Source: a virus (Duplodnaviria > Caudoviricetes). Taken from it: a stretch of 25,935 nt of DNA. A program made the position numbers and the translations under genes. Numbering within the stretch: position 1 is the first letter of the stretch; the number at the start of each line of letters is the position of its first letter. Under the pieces are notes generated by a model, which saw only the letters and a program-made list of their open reading frames with translations, had not been told where the DNA came from and ran no database searches. The DNA is taken from IMG/VR virus record IMGVR_UViG_3300020388_000060, positions 1-25,935 of that record; one strand, given 5' to 3'. Shown piece after piece: positions 1 through 8,879 of this stretch.

Positions 1-271
1 GCTAACGCAGATAACATAAGAAATGGTACTGATATTGACTGATATGGATGTGGAAAGATGTTCGTACACACACATTCACGAACAAATCTGATAGAAAGCT
101 GAGAAAGCTGAGCGTTAGCGATTTCTTATAGAGTGAATGATAGATGATGTTGAAGGACGAAGCGTAGGCAAAGGAAGCCGACAGAGCTTTTTGTAGCAAA
201 CCCGTAGGGGTTGAGAAAAAAACGACAGAGGCGGGGGAGTTATCACATAGACATCCGTATTTATACAGCAA

Positions 272-333
272 TAAAAAATTTTAGGGGGGTGGGGTGTCTA
301 CTTTTCTCTCAGAATAATTCTAAAAAAATTTTA
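272..333. repeat. Two A/T-tract direct repeats flanking a G-run (possible packaging or terminal signal)
   Basis: TAAAAAATTTTA at 272-283 and TAAAAAAATTTTA at 321-333, with GGGGGGTGGGGTG at 284-296 between them; non-coding and upstream of the packaging genes. Function is inferred. Confidence 0.45.
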
Positions 334-334
334 C

Positions 335-342
335 TATGTTTG
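335..342 (+). promoter_or_regulatory. Bacteroidota-type -7 promoter element (TAnnTTTG)
   Basis: TATGTTTG(TA) is intergenic, 27 nt before the ATG at 370, and matches the established Bacteroidetes housekeeping-sigma -7 consensus. Confidence 0.6.
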
Positions 343-369
343 TAGCACTAACTTTAATAAAGGATAGCT

Positions 370-558
370 ATGCATAATAAGAAAGTAAAGAAAGGTAAGT
401 TTAAAGCCAAGGTTAAGAAGGTAGCTCAGAAGGTTAAGAACAAGTTCAGAGAGGTTGTAACAAAAGATACCACACGTCCAGTAGTAAATACTCTACTTAA
501 GTATAAGAAAGGTGGTATGATGTCTTACAAGAAAGGCGGTACAATCCAACACGACTAG
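370..558 (+). CDS. Small Lys-rich protein with two YKKGG motifs (putative DNA-binding or internal virion protein)
   Basis: 62 aa with 18 Lys + 2 Arg against 3 acidic residues; AAGGA before the ATG; promoter element upstream and hairpin downstream. Confidence 0.75.
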   Translation: MHNKKVKKGKFKAKVKKVAQKVKNKFREVVTKDTTRPVVNTLLKYKKGGMMSYKKGGTIQHD

Positions 559-602
559 AATATAATAATACATTAATATTAAGGTTTGGTTTTTTTGGTT
601 GT

Positions 603-640
603 AAGAGGGAGTGAAGCTTAGGTGGTAGCTCCCTTTTTCT
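603..640 (+). terminator. Probable intrinsic terminator hairpin
   Basis: AAGAGGGAGT (603-612) pairs with GCTCCCTTTT (628-637), ending in a T-rich tail, downstream of the 370..558 gene. Confidence 0.55.
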
Positions 641-657
641 ATTCTATTAATTTTTAA

Positions 658-665
658 TATCTTTG
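658..665 (+). promoter_or_regulatory. Bacteroidota-type -7 promoter element, possibly driving a leaderless mRNA
   Basis: TATCTTTG lies only 3 nt before the ATG at 669. Confidence 0.55.
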
Positions 666-668
666 TGT

Positions 669-977
669 ATGCAAAAAACCAAAAGTAAGTACGGCAGAAT
701 TGAAACGATGCCTAACGGAAAAATCTATGGGGTTGTTAATGTAACAACACTAGATGAAGAACAGGAGTATAAAGTATTAAGTGATTATATTGATTTAGGG
801 TATGTTATCCTAAGTAATGAGTATAAGTTTTGCGGGGGCACAACAGGGTATATAATTTATCATTATTATGATACCGCATCCAACACAACAACAAGCGAGG
901 AGTTAGACACCATTGAGCATGGTGTATTTGTAATGAAGACAGAATTAAAAAAGTATGTACCTAATTCAGGTAAATAA
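669..977 (+). CDS. Hypothetical protein (102 aa)
   Basis: Open frame 663..977. ATG at 669 is preferred because the TTG at 663 lies inside the promoter element. Overlaps the next gene by 23 nt. No recognisable motif. Confidence 0.65.
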   Translation: MQKTKSKYGRIETMPNGKIYGVVNVTTLDEEQEYKVLSDYIDLGYVILSNEYKFCGGTTGYIIYHYYDTASNTTTSEELDTIEHGVFVMKTELKKYVPNSGK

Positions 978-1488
978 AACAGGGAATGCAATTGAGGATG
1001 ACGGAGTTCTGGCAGTAAAGGAGTTTGCTGAAGTATTGCATTTGAGAGGCTATGGAAACAAAGCGCTGCTGTGGGTGGCACTTGTTTGTGATTATGATTC
1101 CCCTTATAAACACTTTGTTGAGAAGGAAAGGATAAGGGTAGTATCCAAAGACTTATACGGAACGTATGAGTGGAAGGGTATAAAATTGCAAAAAATTGCT
1201 GACGCAATTAGTAAGTATAAAGAGCTTCAGTTCGACCCCCTGGACGCGCAGCTCGTTGCCTTCAACGAAAAGATAGACGAGTTTACTATGCTTATGAAAA
1301 GAACTCGTATCACTATAGATAATGCTGCTGATATGCAAAAGGTGATGATTGGTATAGAAAAAATACTAGGTACAAGACAAAAAGTACTTGACTCTATAGA
1401 AAGAAGAGGGGAAAGAACTAAGATTGTTGGTCAGGCAGAGCTAAGTTATCTAGAGAAAACCAACAGCGTAAACAAAAATAATGGCTAA
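955..1488 (+). CDS. Putative terminase small subunit
   Basis: 177 aa, largely helical-looking with a C-terminal coiled-coil-like segment; immediately upstream of terL and overlapping it by 8 nt. Function inferred from position. Confidence 0.55.
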   Translation: MYLIQVNKTGNAIEDDGVLAVKEFAEVLHLRGYGNKALLWVALVCDYDSPYKHFVEKERIRVVSKDLYGTYEWKGIKLQKIADAISKYKELQFDPLDAQLVAFNEKIDEFTMLMKRTRITIDNAADMQKVMIGIEKILGTRQKVLDSIERRGERTKIVGQAELSYLEKTNSVNKNNG

Positions 1489-3283
1489 CATCAAGCTTTA
1501 TCAGCCATTAATCCATGAAGGAACTCCAGACTTAAATCCTGAAAGCGTTGCCTATAGAGAATTTTGGGACGAACAGATAGATAGATGTAAAAATGGGTTT
1601 AAGCCTAAAGGTCTAGACAGAATATCTGGTAAACACTACTACTATTTAAATTTCTATAAGATACTTGGTAACTCAGGTGGCGATGGAAATAGAAAAACAT
1701 TGATTGCTCCTTGGTATAGAGATATGGATAAGGAGTATTTCGACCTATTTGAGACTTGTAAGCAAGAAGAAAAGGGGATGATTGTAATTAAAGCCAGGGA
1801 TAAAGGGTTTAGTTATATGAATTCTGGTATGTTAGCACATGAATTTACCTTTTATCCATTTAATGAGGTAGGTATTGCAGCAGGTTTACAGGTAACAGCC
1901 AACTCTTTCTTTGATAAAGTGAAGAAAGGACTCTTTAATCAACACCCTAACTTTAGACATTCTATACTTAAGGACGCAGACGAGACCTTACGCTCTGGAT
2001 ATAAGAAGAAAAACAGAGATGGTAAGTGGGAAGTAGGTGGTTTTCAGTCAGTTGTACACTGTAGAACGATGAGTAACCCCGAAGTATTCAAAGGTGAGCG
2101 TTTATCTCTTATGGTATTTGAAGAAGCAGGGGAGTTCAAGGAGCTGTTAAATGCATATATGTCATCTAAGGCATGCTTTATGGATGGTAATTTGCAGTTT
2201 GGTGTACCTGTTATTGGTGGTACAGGTGGTGATATAGAGGCATCTTCTAAAGATTTCATGGAAATGTATTATAATGCTGAGGCATTTAATCTTATTCCTA
2301 TGTTTATACCTGCTACTAAATGTTACCATGGGTTCTTTAATGTAAAGAATGGTGTATCTGATGTGGATGGGGCGCAAGAATCTTTGATGAAAGACAGGGA
2401 ACAGCTTAAATCTTCTGGTAATCAAAAGGGTTTTAATTTACATCTACAAAACTATCCTTTGTCTGTAGAAGAAGCTTTCCTTCAGACTAAATCTTCAAGG
2501 TTTAACGTTGGAAAAATAAATTCCCAAAGAAGTGATATATTAGCAAATGAAAGTTATAGTGGTCAAATACAGCAAGGAAGACTAGAGTGGAATGATGAAG
2601 AAATCATGAGTGTACACTGGGTTTTAGACCCAAATGGACCTTATAAAATCCTTGCTCATCCGATGCCTGAATATGACGGTTTAGACATAGGAGGTATTGA
2701 CTCATACGACCAAGACGTCGCTGAGGCGTCAAGTTCGTTAGGTAGTTGTATAATCTTTAGAAGGTTTTACAACATGGATATAGCAGGCAATTATGTTATT
2801 GCTGATTACACAGATAGACCCAAGACGGCAGAAGAATTTTGGGATGGTTGTCTTAAGTTGGCTGTATACTATAATTCAAAGATGCTAGTCGAGTATACAA
2901 AGATTGGTATACTAGATTATTTTAAAAGAGCAGGGGGATTAAAATATTTAAAAGAAAGACCTGCAACTGCACACTCACCTAAAACCGTAAATAGAAATAG
3001 ATACGGTATACAGATGAATAAACATACCAAGGCGGTAATGGAGCAGTATATGGAAAAGTATATAGAGGAGAGCTGTGGAGATATATGGTTTATTGAATTG
3101 CTAGATGAATTAGCAAATTATGGATTAAGAAATACGGATAGGGCGATAGCGTTTGGTTTGTGCATGATTCATGATATAGATATATATCAACAGCAAGTGA
3201 AGCTAAGGGAACAAGCAACCAAACAAGTTGGTTTTATATATTATAAAAGAGAAAATGGTAGATTAATACCTTACAAAGCATAA
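1481..3283 (+). CDS. terL: Terminase large subunit
   Basis: Walker A-like IKARDKGFS, Walker B LMVFEEAG, coupling motif GGTGG, RNase H-like nuclease motifs GGIDSYD and DRAIA; N-terminal FWDEQIDRCKNG...ISGKHYYYLNF segment resembles crAss-like TerL. Confidence 0.95.
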   Translation: MANIKLYQPLIHEGTPDLNPESVAYREFWDEQIDRCKNGFKPKGLDRISGKHYYYLNFYKILGNSGGDGNRKTLIAPWYRDMDKEYFDLFETCKQEEKGMIVIKARDKGFSYMNSGMLAHEFTFYPFNEVGIAAGLQVTANSFFDKVKKGLFNQHPNFRHSILKDADETLRSGYKKKNRDGKWEVGGFQSVVHCRTMSNPEVFKGERLSLMVFEEAGEFKELLNAYMSSKACFMDGNLQFGVPVIGGTGGDIEASSKDFMEMYYNAEAFNLIPMFIPATKCYHGFFNVKNGVSDVDGAQESLMKDREQLKSSGNQKGFNLHLQNYPLSVEEAFLQTKSSRFNVGKINSQRSDILANESYSGQIQQGRLEWNDEEIMSVHWVLDPNGPYKILAHPMPEYDGLDIGGIDSYDQDVAEASSSLGSCIIFRRFYNMDIAGNYVIADYTDRPKTAEEFWDGCLKLAVYYNSKMLVEYTKIGILDYFKRAGGLKYLKERPATAHSPKTVNRNRYGIQMNKHTKAVMEQYMEKYIEESCGDIWFIELLDELANYGLRNTDRAIAFGLCMIHDIDIYQQQVKLREQATKQVGFIYYKRENGRLIPYKA

Positions 3284-3287
3284 AATT

Positions 3288-5579
3288 ATGAACGGAAGTT
3301 ACCCAAAGCAGCTAGTATCAGAGGCTGAAAAAAATGATGAGTGGTGCGAAAAGAATTTAGATTCTATAGCAAAAAACTTAGAAACCTCTAATGAGTCTTT
3401 GATAAATGAAAAAAATAAAGATATAAACAATTATATGCTTTATAATGGTCATGTGAATATGAAAGACTATGAATATATCACAGACCAATATGGTGTTCCT
3501 TACCCTGCTACACTAAATAACTTCCCTATTACTAAAAATAAAATTGACCTTCTTGTAAACGAAGACTTAAAGCGACCAATAGATAAGAAAGTATCTGCTG
3601 TTAATAAAGATGCTGCTTTAAGAAAAGAGAAGTTTAAGATTTCTCTTATAGCTAACAATCTACTGCAAGAAATAAACGCAGATATAGAAGGTGAGCTTGG
3701 TATGGAGTTGGAGATGGATAACAAAGAGTTTCCTATTCCAGACGACATTGATGAGTTTATGAGATATGAATACAAGGAAGTTATTGAAGAGGTAGTAAAT
3801 GACGGACTTGAATATCTTACACGTAAGTATAGATTTAAAGACTTGTTTAAAGACGGCTTTAGAGATATGCTTGTTACAGGTAAAGAAATATATAAGGCTT
3901 ACATTAAAGATGGAGACCCTTATGTTCGTAGAGTAGACCCTAGAAGTTTTGTATACGATAAATCTATAGAGAGTGATTATATAGAAAATGCGCAATGGGC
4001 AGCAGAAGAAAGATGGCTAACTGTAAACGAAGTTCTTGACGAGTTTAGAGATTCATTGTCTAAAGACGATGTTCGTGAAATTGAAGAGATGCGTCAGCTA
4101 GTATCTGCTGATGACTTATCAAGATACAACAACACTATAGAGTGGGTAGACTATGATGCTGATAAAGGAGTTCGTATTCGTATAATATCAGCTGAGTGGA
4201 AATCTATTAAAGCTATTAAGTTTAAAATATCAGAAAACAAATACAATCCTGAGTTTCCATTTAAAAAAGTGGTTAAAGATGATTACAAGCCACGTAAAAA
4301 TGAAAACATAGAAACAAGATATGTAGATGATATTTGGGAAGCTACTAAGATAGGTGGTAAGATAATGGTTAATGCACGTAGACGACCTAACCAAGTTCGT
4401 TCTGTAGATGATGCAGGTACTACACCTCTTTCATATATAGGTGTAATACATAACCATAATACAGGTAAGTATCACTCTATGGTAGACTTAATGCGTCATG
4501 TACAGATGTTATATAACATTGTTATGTATCATATAGAACTTACTATGGCTAGAGCTGGTGGTAAAGCTGTTATATATGATGTTGCACAAATGCCTACTAA
4601 CATTGGTATGGATATGCAGACAGTTATGTACCACCTAAAGAATGATGGTATCATACCTATTAATAGTCAGTCAGAAGGAATGGAGGGTAATACATTTAAT
4701 CAATTCCAATCTGTAGACTTTACCCTTTCTAATTCTGTTCAACAACTTATTAACCTTAAGATGATGTTAGAACAGACTGCTGGACAAATCACTGGAGTGT
4801 CTCCACAAAGAGAAGGCGCTGTTGAGCAGTATGAGTATGTAGGTAATGTACAGCGTTCTGTTGTGCAGTCTTCATTAGCAACTGAAGGATGGTTTCACCA
4901 ACATAATGAATTAAAGAAGTTAGTCTTTGAAAGGCTAGCTAACTTAATGAAGCTTGCTTGGGCAGGCGGAAAAAAGGCAGGATACATTTTAGGAGATGGC
5001 GGTTACGCTTTCTTAAATGTACTTCCTGATGTAGCTTTAAATGATTACGGAGTATTTGTAGGTGATGGTGGAAAAGATGATGCTATGAAGCAAATGCTAC
5101 AACAAATGTCGCAAGCTGCCCTGCAAAGTGGAACAATTAATATGCTTGATGTAATTAAAGTTCTTAAGGCTGATACAATGACAGAAGCAGAGCATATACT
5201 AGAGAGAGGTATTGAAGCTATGCAGAAACAACAACAATCTATGCAAGAACAGCAAATGCAAATGCAACAAGCTGAGTCTGAGGCTAAACAAGCAGACAAA
5301 GAGTTTGAGATGCAGAAAGCACAGCTAGATGTTGAAGGTAAAGTTAAAGTTGCAGAGATTAATGCACAAGCTAGAATAGAGGCTCAAGAAATTGCTTCTC
5401 AAGCCGATAGAGATATAGATGATGTTCGTGAAAAAGGAAAGCTTCAATCAAAAGCTATTGATGCAGACATTCAAAGTCAGATGGCTGAAAAGAAATCAGA
5501 ATCTGATAGAAAAATGATGGCAGAAAAAGCTAAACACGACAAGGAAATAGCATCAAAAAAAGTAAAGGAAAAAAAGTAA
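3288..5579 (+). CDS. Portal protein
   Basis: 763 aa directly after terL; N-terminal NYMLYNG and NFPITKNKIDLLVNE, ITGVSPQREG stem motif, and a Q/E/K-rich C-terminal coiled coil as in P22/crAss-type portals. Confidence 0.9.
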   Translation: MNGSYPKQLVSEAEKNDEWCEKNLDSIAKNLETSNESLINEKNKDINNYMLYNGHVNMKDYEYITDQYGVPYPATLNNFPITKNKIDLLVNEDLKRPIDKKVSAVNKDAALRKEKFKISLIANNLLQEINADIEGELGMELEMDNKEFPIPDDIDEFMRYEYKEVIEEVVNDGLEYLTRKYRFKDLFKDGFRDMLVTGKEIYKAYIKDGDPYVRRVDPRSFVYDKSIESDYIENAQWAAEERWLTVNEVLDEFRDSLSKDDVREIEEMRQLVSADDLSRYNNTIEWVDYDADKGVRIRIISAEWKSIKAIKFKISENKYNPEFPFKKVVKDDYKPRKNENIETRYVDDIWEATKIGGKIMVNARRRPNQVRSVDDAGTTPLSYIGVIHNHNTGKYHSMVDLMRHVQMLYNIVMYHIELTMARAGGKAVIYDVAQMPTNIGMDMQTVMYHLKNDGIIPINSQSEGMEGNTFNQFQSVDFTLSNSVQQLINLKMMLEQTAGQITGVSPQREGAVEQYEYVGNVQRSVVQSSLATEGWFHQHNELKKLVFERLANLMKLAWAGGKKAGYILGDGGYAFLNVLPDVALNDYGVFVGDGGKDDAMKQMLQQMSQAALQSGTINMLDVIKVLKADTMTEAEHILERGIEAMQKQQQSMQEQQMQMQQAESEAKQADKEFEMQKAQLDVEGKVKVAEINAQARIEAQEIASQADRDIDDVREKGKLQSKAIDADIQSQMAEKKSESDRKMMAEKAKHDKEIASKKVKEKK

Positions 5580-5587
5580 TATATTTG
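5580..5587 (+). promoter_or_regulatory. Bacteroidota-type -7 promoter element upstream of scaffold/capsid genes
   Basis: TATATTTG(TA) directly after the portal stop and 25 nt before the ATG at 5613. Confidence 0.6.
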
Positions 5588-5612
5588 TAACGCAGGAAAT
5601 AAACTTAAAATC

Positions 5613-6689
5613 ATGGCAGAAGAAAGCAAAATTATTGATGAAGTAGTTTCTCAAGCAGAAGAAACTCAACAGACAACAGAAAATAGTAACGAGACCGAAG
5701 CAAAAGCATTTGATGCTAGTGCGTTCACTGGTTACGATAAAAGTAAAAAAGGTAATACACTTGACAAAGAAGCACTCAAAGACGATGGCGCAGATGAACC
5801 GAATGAGCAAGTTGAGGAGGTTCAAGACAATGCAGAGCCAGAAGAGCAACCTGCAGAGTCGGATAGCTTTTCTTGGGACGATGTTAAGACCGAAGAGAAA
5901 CAAGTAGAAGCCGAAAAAGCTACTGAAGTAGAAGCTGAAGAAGATTGGGACGAGGCAGAACAAACTGCTAAAGAACCAGAACCGCAAGCTGCTGCTACAG
6001 AAATTGACTGGTCAGAGATGGGTCAAGAGCTTAATGTAAATGCAAACACAAAAGAAGAGTTTGTAGCACAGGTTAAGCAAATGATGGAAAATCCTGTAAA
6101 GGACAATGACGTAGTAGGAAATCTAAAAGAATATTTAGATATGTCCGACAGAGATTTAGTTATTGCAGATTTAAAAGCTGCTAACTATGACGATGACTAC
6201 GTTAACGATACGGTTGATAGAATGGAAGATGCTGGTCTTATTAAAAGAGAAGCAACAACTATTCGTCACCAACTTAACAAGCATATTATGACTGAACGTC
6301 AGAATTTGCAAAAGGCTGAGAAAGAAAAAACCGAAGCTGCACAGAAAGAGTCTGTGGAGTCTAGAAAGAATTTACAGAAGTTGATTAAAGGAAAGGATGA
6401 ATTCTTTGGTGGTAAAGTTTCTCAGAATGAAAAAAAGAACTTATATAATTACATTATAAAAGGCGATTTTGCCGAGGATATTTTTAGCAATCATGCCAAT
6501 GTTGCGGATGCTGCCTTCCTATGGCGAAATAAAGAAAAGATTTTCAAAATGATGAGAACGCAAGGCGTTGAACAAGGAAAATCGTCGGTATTAAATGGAA
6601 TCACATCTCCAAGCAGTAACACTCGAAACTCGAAAAGTTACAAGCCAAAGAGTGATAAATTTGACCCAAGTGCCTTTTCAAAAAAGTAA
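5613..6689 (+). CDS. Acidic scaffold-like protein
   Basis: Very Glu/Asp-rich low-complexity N-terminal third and a helical C-terminal part; lies between portal and major capsid gene, as the conserved acidic gene of crAss-like phages does. Confidence 0.75.
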   Translation: MAEESKIIDEVVSQAEETQQTTENSNETEAKAFDASAFTGYDKSKKGNTLDKEALKDDGADEPNEQVEEVQDNAEPEEQPAESDSFSWDDVKTEEKQVEAEKATEVEAEEDWDEAEQTAKEPEPQAAATEIDWSEMGQELNVNANTKEEFVAQVKQMMENPVKDNDVVGNLKEYLDMSDRDLVIADLKAANYDDDYVNDTVDRMEDAGLIKREATTIRHQLNKHIMTERQNLQKAEKEKTEAAQKESVESRKNLQKLIKGKDEFFGGKVSQNEKKNLYNYIIKGDFAEDIFSNHANVADAAFLWRNKEKIFKMMRTQGVEQGKSSVLNGITSPSSNTRNSKSYKPKSDKFDPSAFSKK

Positions 6690-6733
6690 TTATAAGTTAA
6701 TAAATTATTTTTTAACATAAAAATTTACTTAAA

Positions 6734-8137
6734 ATGGCTAATATTTATAGCGGACAATATGGTAAAGAGACTACTAGCGAAAATGCGTTAGTAACTAACT
6801 TACTTAAATATCCAGAGATTGCTGCAAAATTAATTGAGCAGTATCCACGATTCTCCCTTACTTACCTATTAAATGGATTAGGTTTTAACGCAGGAGAAAA
6901 AATTATCGGTGACTATGCTTTCGAATGGAAAGTTCAAGGTCGTTACCGCAAACCAGGTGTTTTAAATGCAACTTTTGATGGAGCAACTGCAGGCTCAACG
7001 TTTACTGCGGTTTTAAAGCACGGTTCAGGAAATTACGGAGATAACTTAAATGTTAACGATGTAGTTCGTTTCAAAGATGGTTCTACTGCTATGGTAACAG
7101 ATGTACCTTCAGCAAGTGGTTCTACTAATACTGTAACGTTTAGAGCAATTGATTCTACTGTAGCTGCTGGTTCTGCTGCTGCTGCAGGTGATATTATCGG
7201 TTGTATTGGTAATGCATTTAACCAAGGGTCTTTAGCATCTGAGGTTGGACAAAACTACAGCTACCCAGATACTTACAAGAACTGGTTAACTCTTTCTCGT
7301 AAGAAATGTAAAATCATGGGTACTGACCTTACTGATGTAACTTGGATTGAAAACAATGGTCACAGACTTTGGTACTTTACTAAAGAGCAACAAATGACTG
7401 ACCAATTCATGTACGAGCTTGAATTGAACCGATGGTATGGTAAGAAAACTATGGCTGGTGATTCTAGTTTCCCTGGAGCTAGAGGTACAGCTACTTCAGG
7501 TCTTCCAATTATGGGTGACGGGCTACTTGCTCAAATTGACGCTTCTAACCAAGCAACTTATACTGCTGGTGCATTATCAGAAGAAGATATTGTAAACTAT
7601 ATCGGTGTTCTTTCTAAGAATGCTTTATCTCCTGAAGGAAATGTATGGACTGTGTACACTGGTACTCAAGGACGTATCGACTTCCACAGAGCGATGAAAG
7701 ACTTACTAGTATCTGGTGGTGCTGGTGGTGCTGAGATGATGGCTAAAGGTGGTTCTTCTGTATCACTAGGTGCTAACTTCTCTGAATACAATGTACTTGG
7801 AAACAAGATGGTATTAGCTTACTGTCCTGTATTTGATGACCCTAACTTACACTCTGCTACTTCAGCTACATTTGATTCTTCAAATGAGTCTGGTAAAATG
7901 GTATTCTTAGACATGGGTCAGCAACAAGGTGTTGCTAATGTTGAGCTTATTGCTAAAGGTGCTGAAGGAATGTCTCGTAACTTCGTTAAGAAATACGTTC
8001 CTGGTATGGTTAACCCTTATGACTATAGCTCTATGATGGCTGCTTCAGGTGATGACTTCTTCGAGTGTCAGATTTTAACTGAATCTGGTATTATCGTAAG
8101 AAACCCATTATCTTGTGGTATCTTATCTAACTCGTAA
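6734..8137 (+). CDS. Major capsid protein (HK97 fold, crAss-like)
   Basis: 467 aa; position after scaffold; motifs FEWKVQG, GDGLLAQI, VYTGTQG, GIIVRNPLSCG; frequent TTC/AAC/TAC/ATC codons suggest high expression; followed by a stable hairpin. Confidence 0.92.
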   Translation: MANIYSGQYGKETTSENALVTNLLKYPEIAAKLIEQYPRFSLTYLLNGLGFNAGEKIIGDYAFEWKVQGRYRKPGVLNATFDGATAGSTFTAVLKHGSGNYGDNLNVNDVVRFKDGSTAMVTDVPSASGSTNTVTFRAIDSTVAAGSAAAAGDIIGCIGNAFNQGSLASEVGQNYSYPDTYKNWLTLSRKKCKIMGTDLTDVTWIENNGHRLWYFTKEQQMTDQFMYELELNRWYGKKTMAGDSSFPGARGTATSGLPIMGDGLLAQIDASNQATYTAGALSEEDIVNYIGVLSKNALSPEGNVWTVYTGTQGRIDFHRAMKDLLVSGGAGGAEMMAKGGSSVSLGANFSEYNVLGNKMVLAYCPVFDDPNLHSATSATFDSSNESGKMVFLDMGQQQGVANVELIAKGAEGMSRNFVKKYVPGMVNPYDYSSMMAASGDDFFECQILTESGIIVRNPLSCGILSNS

Positions 8138-8152
8138 TTTAAAATTTATAAC

Positions 8153-8172
8153 AGGAGGTAGCAATACCTCCT
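8153..8172 (+). terminator. Hairpin after the capsid gene (weak terminator or mRNA-stabilising stem)
   Basis: Perfect 8-bp stem AGGAGGTA-GCAA-TACCTCCT with a GNRA loop; the following tract (CTTATTATT) is a poor U-run. Confidence 0.7.
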
Positions 8173-8200
8173 CTTATTATTAACTTATAAAAAAAATAAA

Positions 8201-8515
8201 ATGGCTGAAAAATTTATATATGCTGTAGTAGCTGATGATAATGCTACTGCATGGCCTTTAAGCAAATTAATTGATATTCGGTATGTTAACACTACTAGTA
8301 TTGATTTATTTTTTGAAGGAAAAGTAGGTGCTGATTCTGCAGATAAACTACAATTAACTACTGTAGCTGGAAAATCTAACCCTTTAATGCAAGAATTATG
8401 TGATGTTTTTTACAATCACAAATCTGGTGCTATTATTAAAATAGGAGATAATGTTAAAAGTGAATTTGTAAGCAGTAGTATTTCTGCTATAGCAAGTATA
8501 ACTTTAGCTAGTTAA
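8201..8515 (+). CDS. Small putative virion protein, paralog pair 1 copy A
   Basis: 104 aa, A-rich start context, directly after the capsid gene; aligns by eye with 8538..8846 (KFIY/KYLY, PLSKL/PLSRL, LTT/LTT, NHKSG/NHRGG). Confidence 0.75.
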   Translation: MAEKFIYAVVADDNATAWPLSKLIDIRYVNTTSIDLFFEGKVGADSADKLQLTTVAGKSNPLMQELCDVFYNHKSGAIIKIGDNVKSEFVSSSISAIASITLAS

Positions 8516-8537
8516 TAATATTTAAAAATTTAACAAA

Positions 8538-8846
8538 ATGGCAAAAGATAAATATTTATACTTTAACGACATTGTAGGTTCTACAAAAAGAACTGTTGTA
8601 CCTTTAAGTAGACTTCATCATATTGATGTAGGAGCTTCAACGGTTACTATGGTATTTGATAATCACCAAGATTCTACAGAAAATGATGCGGCAACTGTTT
8701 CTATTGCTCTAACAACTGGAGCTGATGAAGAAGAAATAACTTTAGAACAAATTGCAAAACTTTGCGCAAACCATAGAGGTGGATGCCTGGATATTCGAAC
8801 CGCATTAAGTAAGGTAACCGAAATAGCAATTACAGAGGTTCCATAA
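8538..8846 (+). CDS. Small putative virion protein, paralog pair 1 copy B
   Basis: 102 aa; same length and colinear motifs as 8201..8515. Confidence 0.75.
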   Translation: MAKDKYLYFNDIVGSTKRTVVPLSRLHHIDVGASTVTMVFDNHQDSTENDAATVSIALTTGADEEEITLEQIAKLCANHRGGCLDIRTALSKVTEIAITEVP

Positions 8847-8879
8847 TTAATTAACAAAATTTAAAAAAAATAAATAAAA

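Noticed and set aside
2-271. Minus-strand 89-aa ORF
   Set aside because: Ser/Leu/Phe-rich composition typical of the reverse of purine-rich non-coding DNA; no motif; runs to the window edge.
1481-8137. Inteins or group I introns in terL, portal or capsid genes
   Set aside because: The ORFs are continuous and of compact length, with no recognisable intein splice-junction or homing-endonuclease motifs.
8100-8200. Frameshift or readthrough extension of the capsid protein
   Set aside because: No clear slippery heptamer before the TAA, the intergenic DNA is AT-rich, and the next gene has its own start context.
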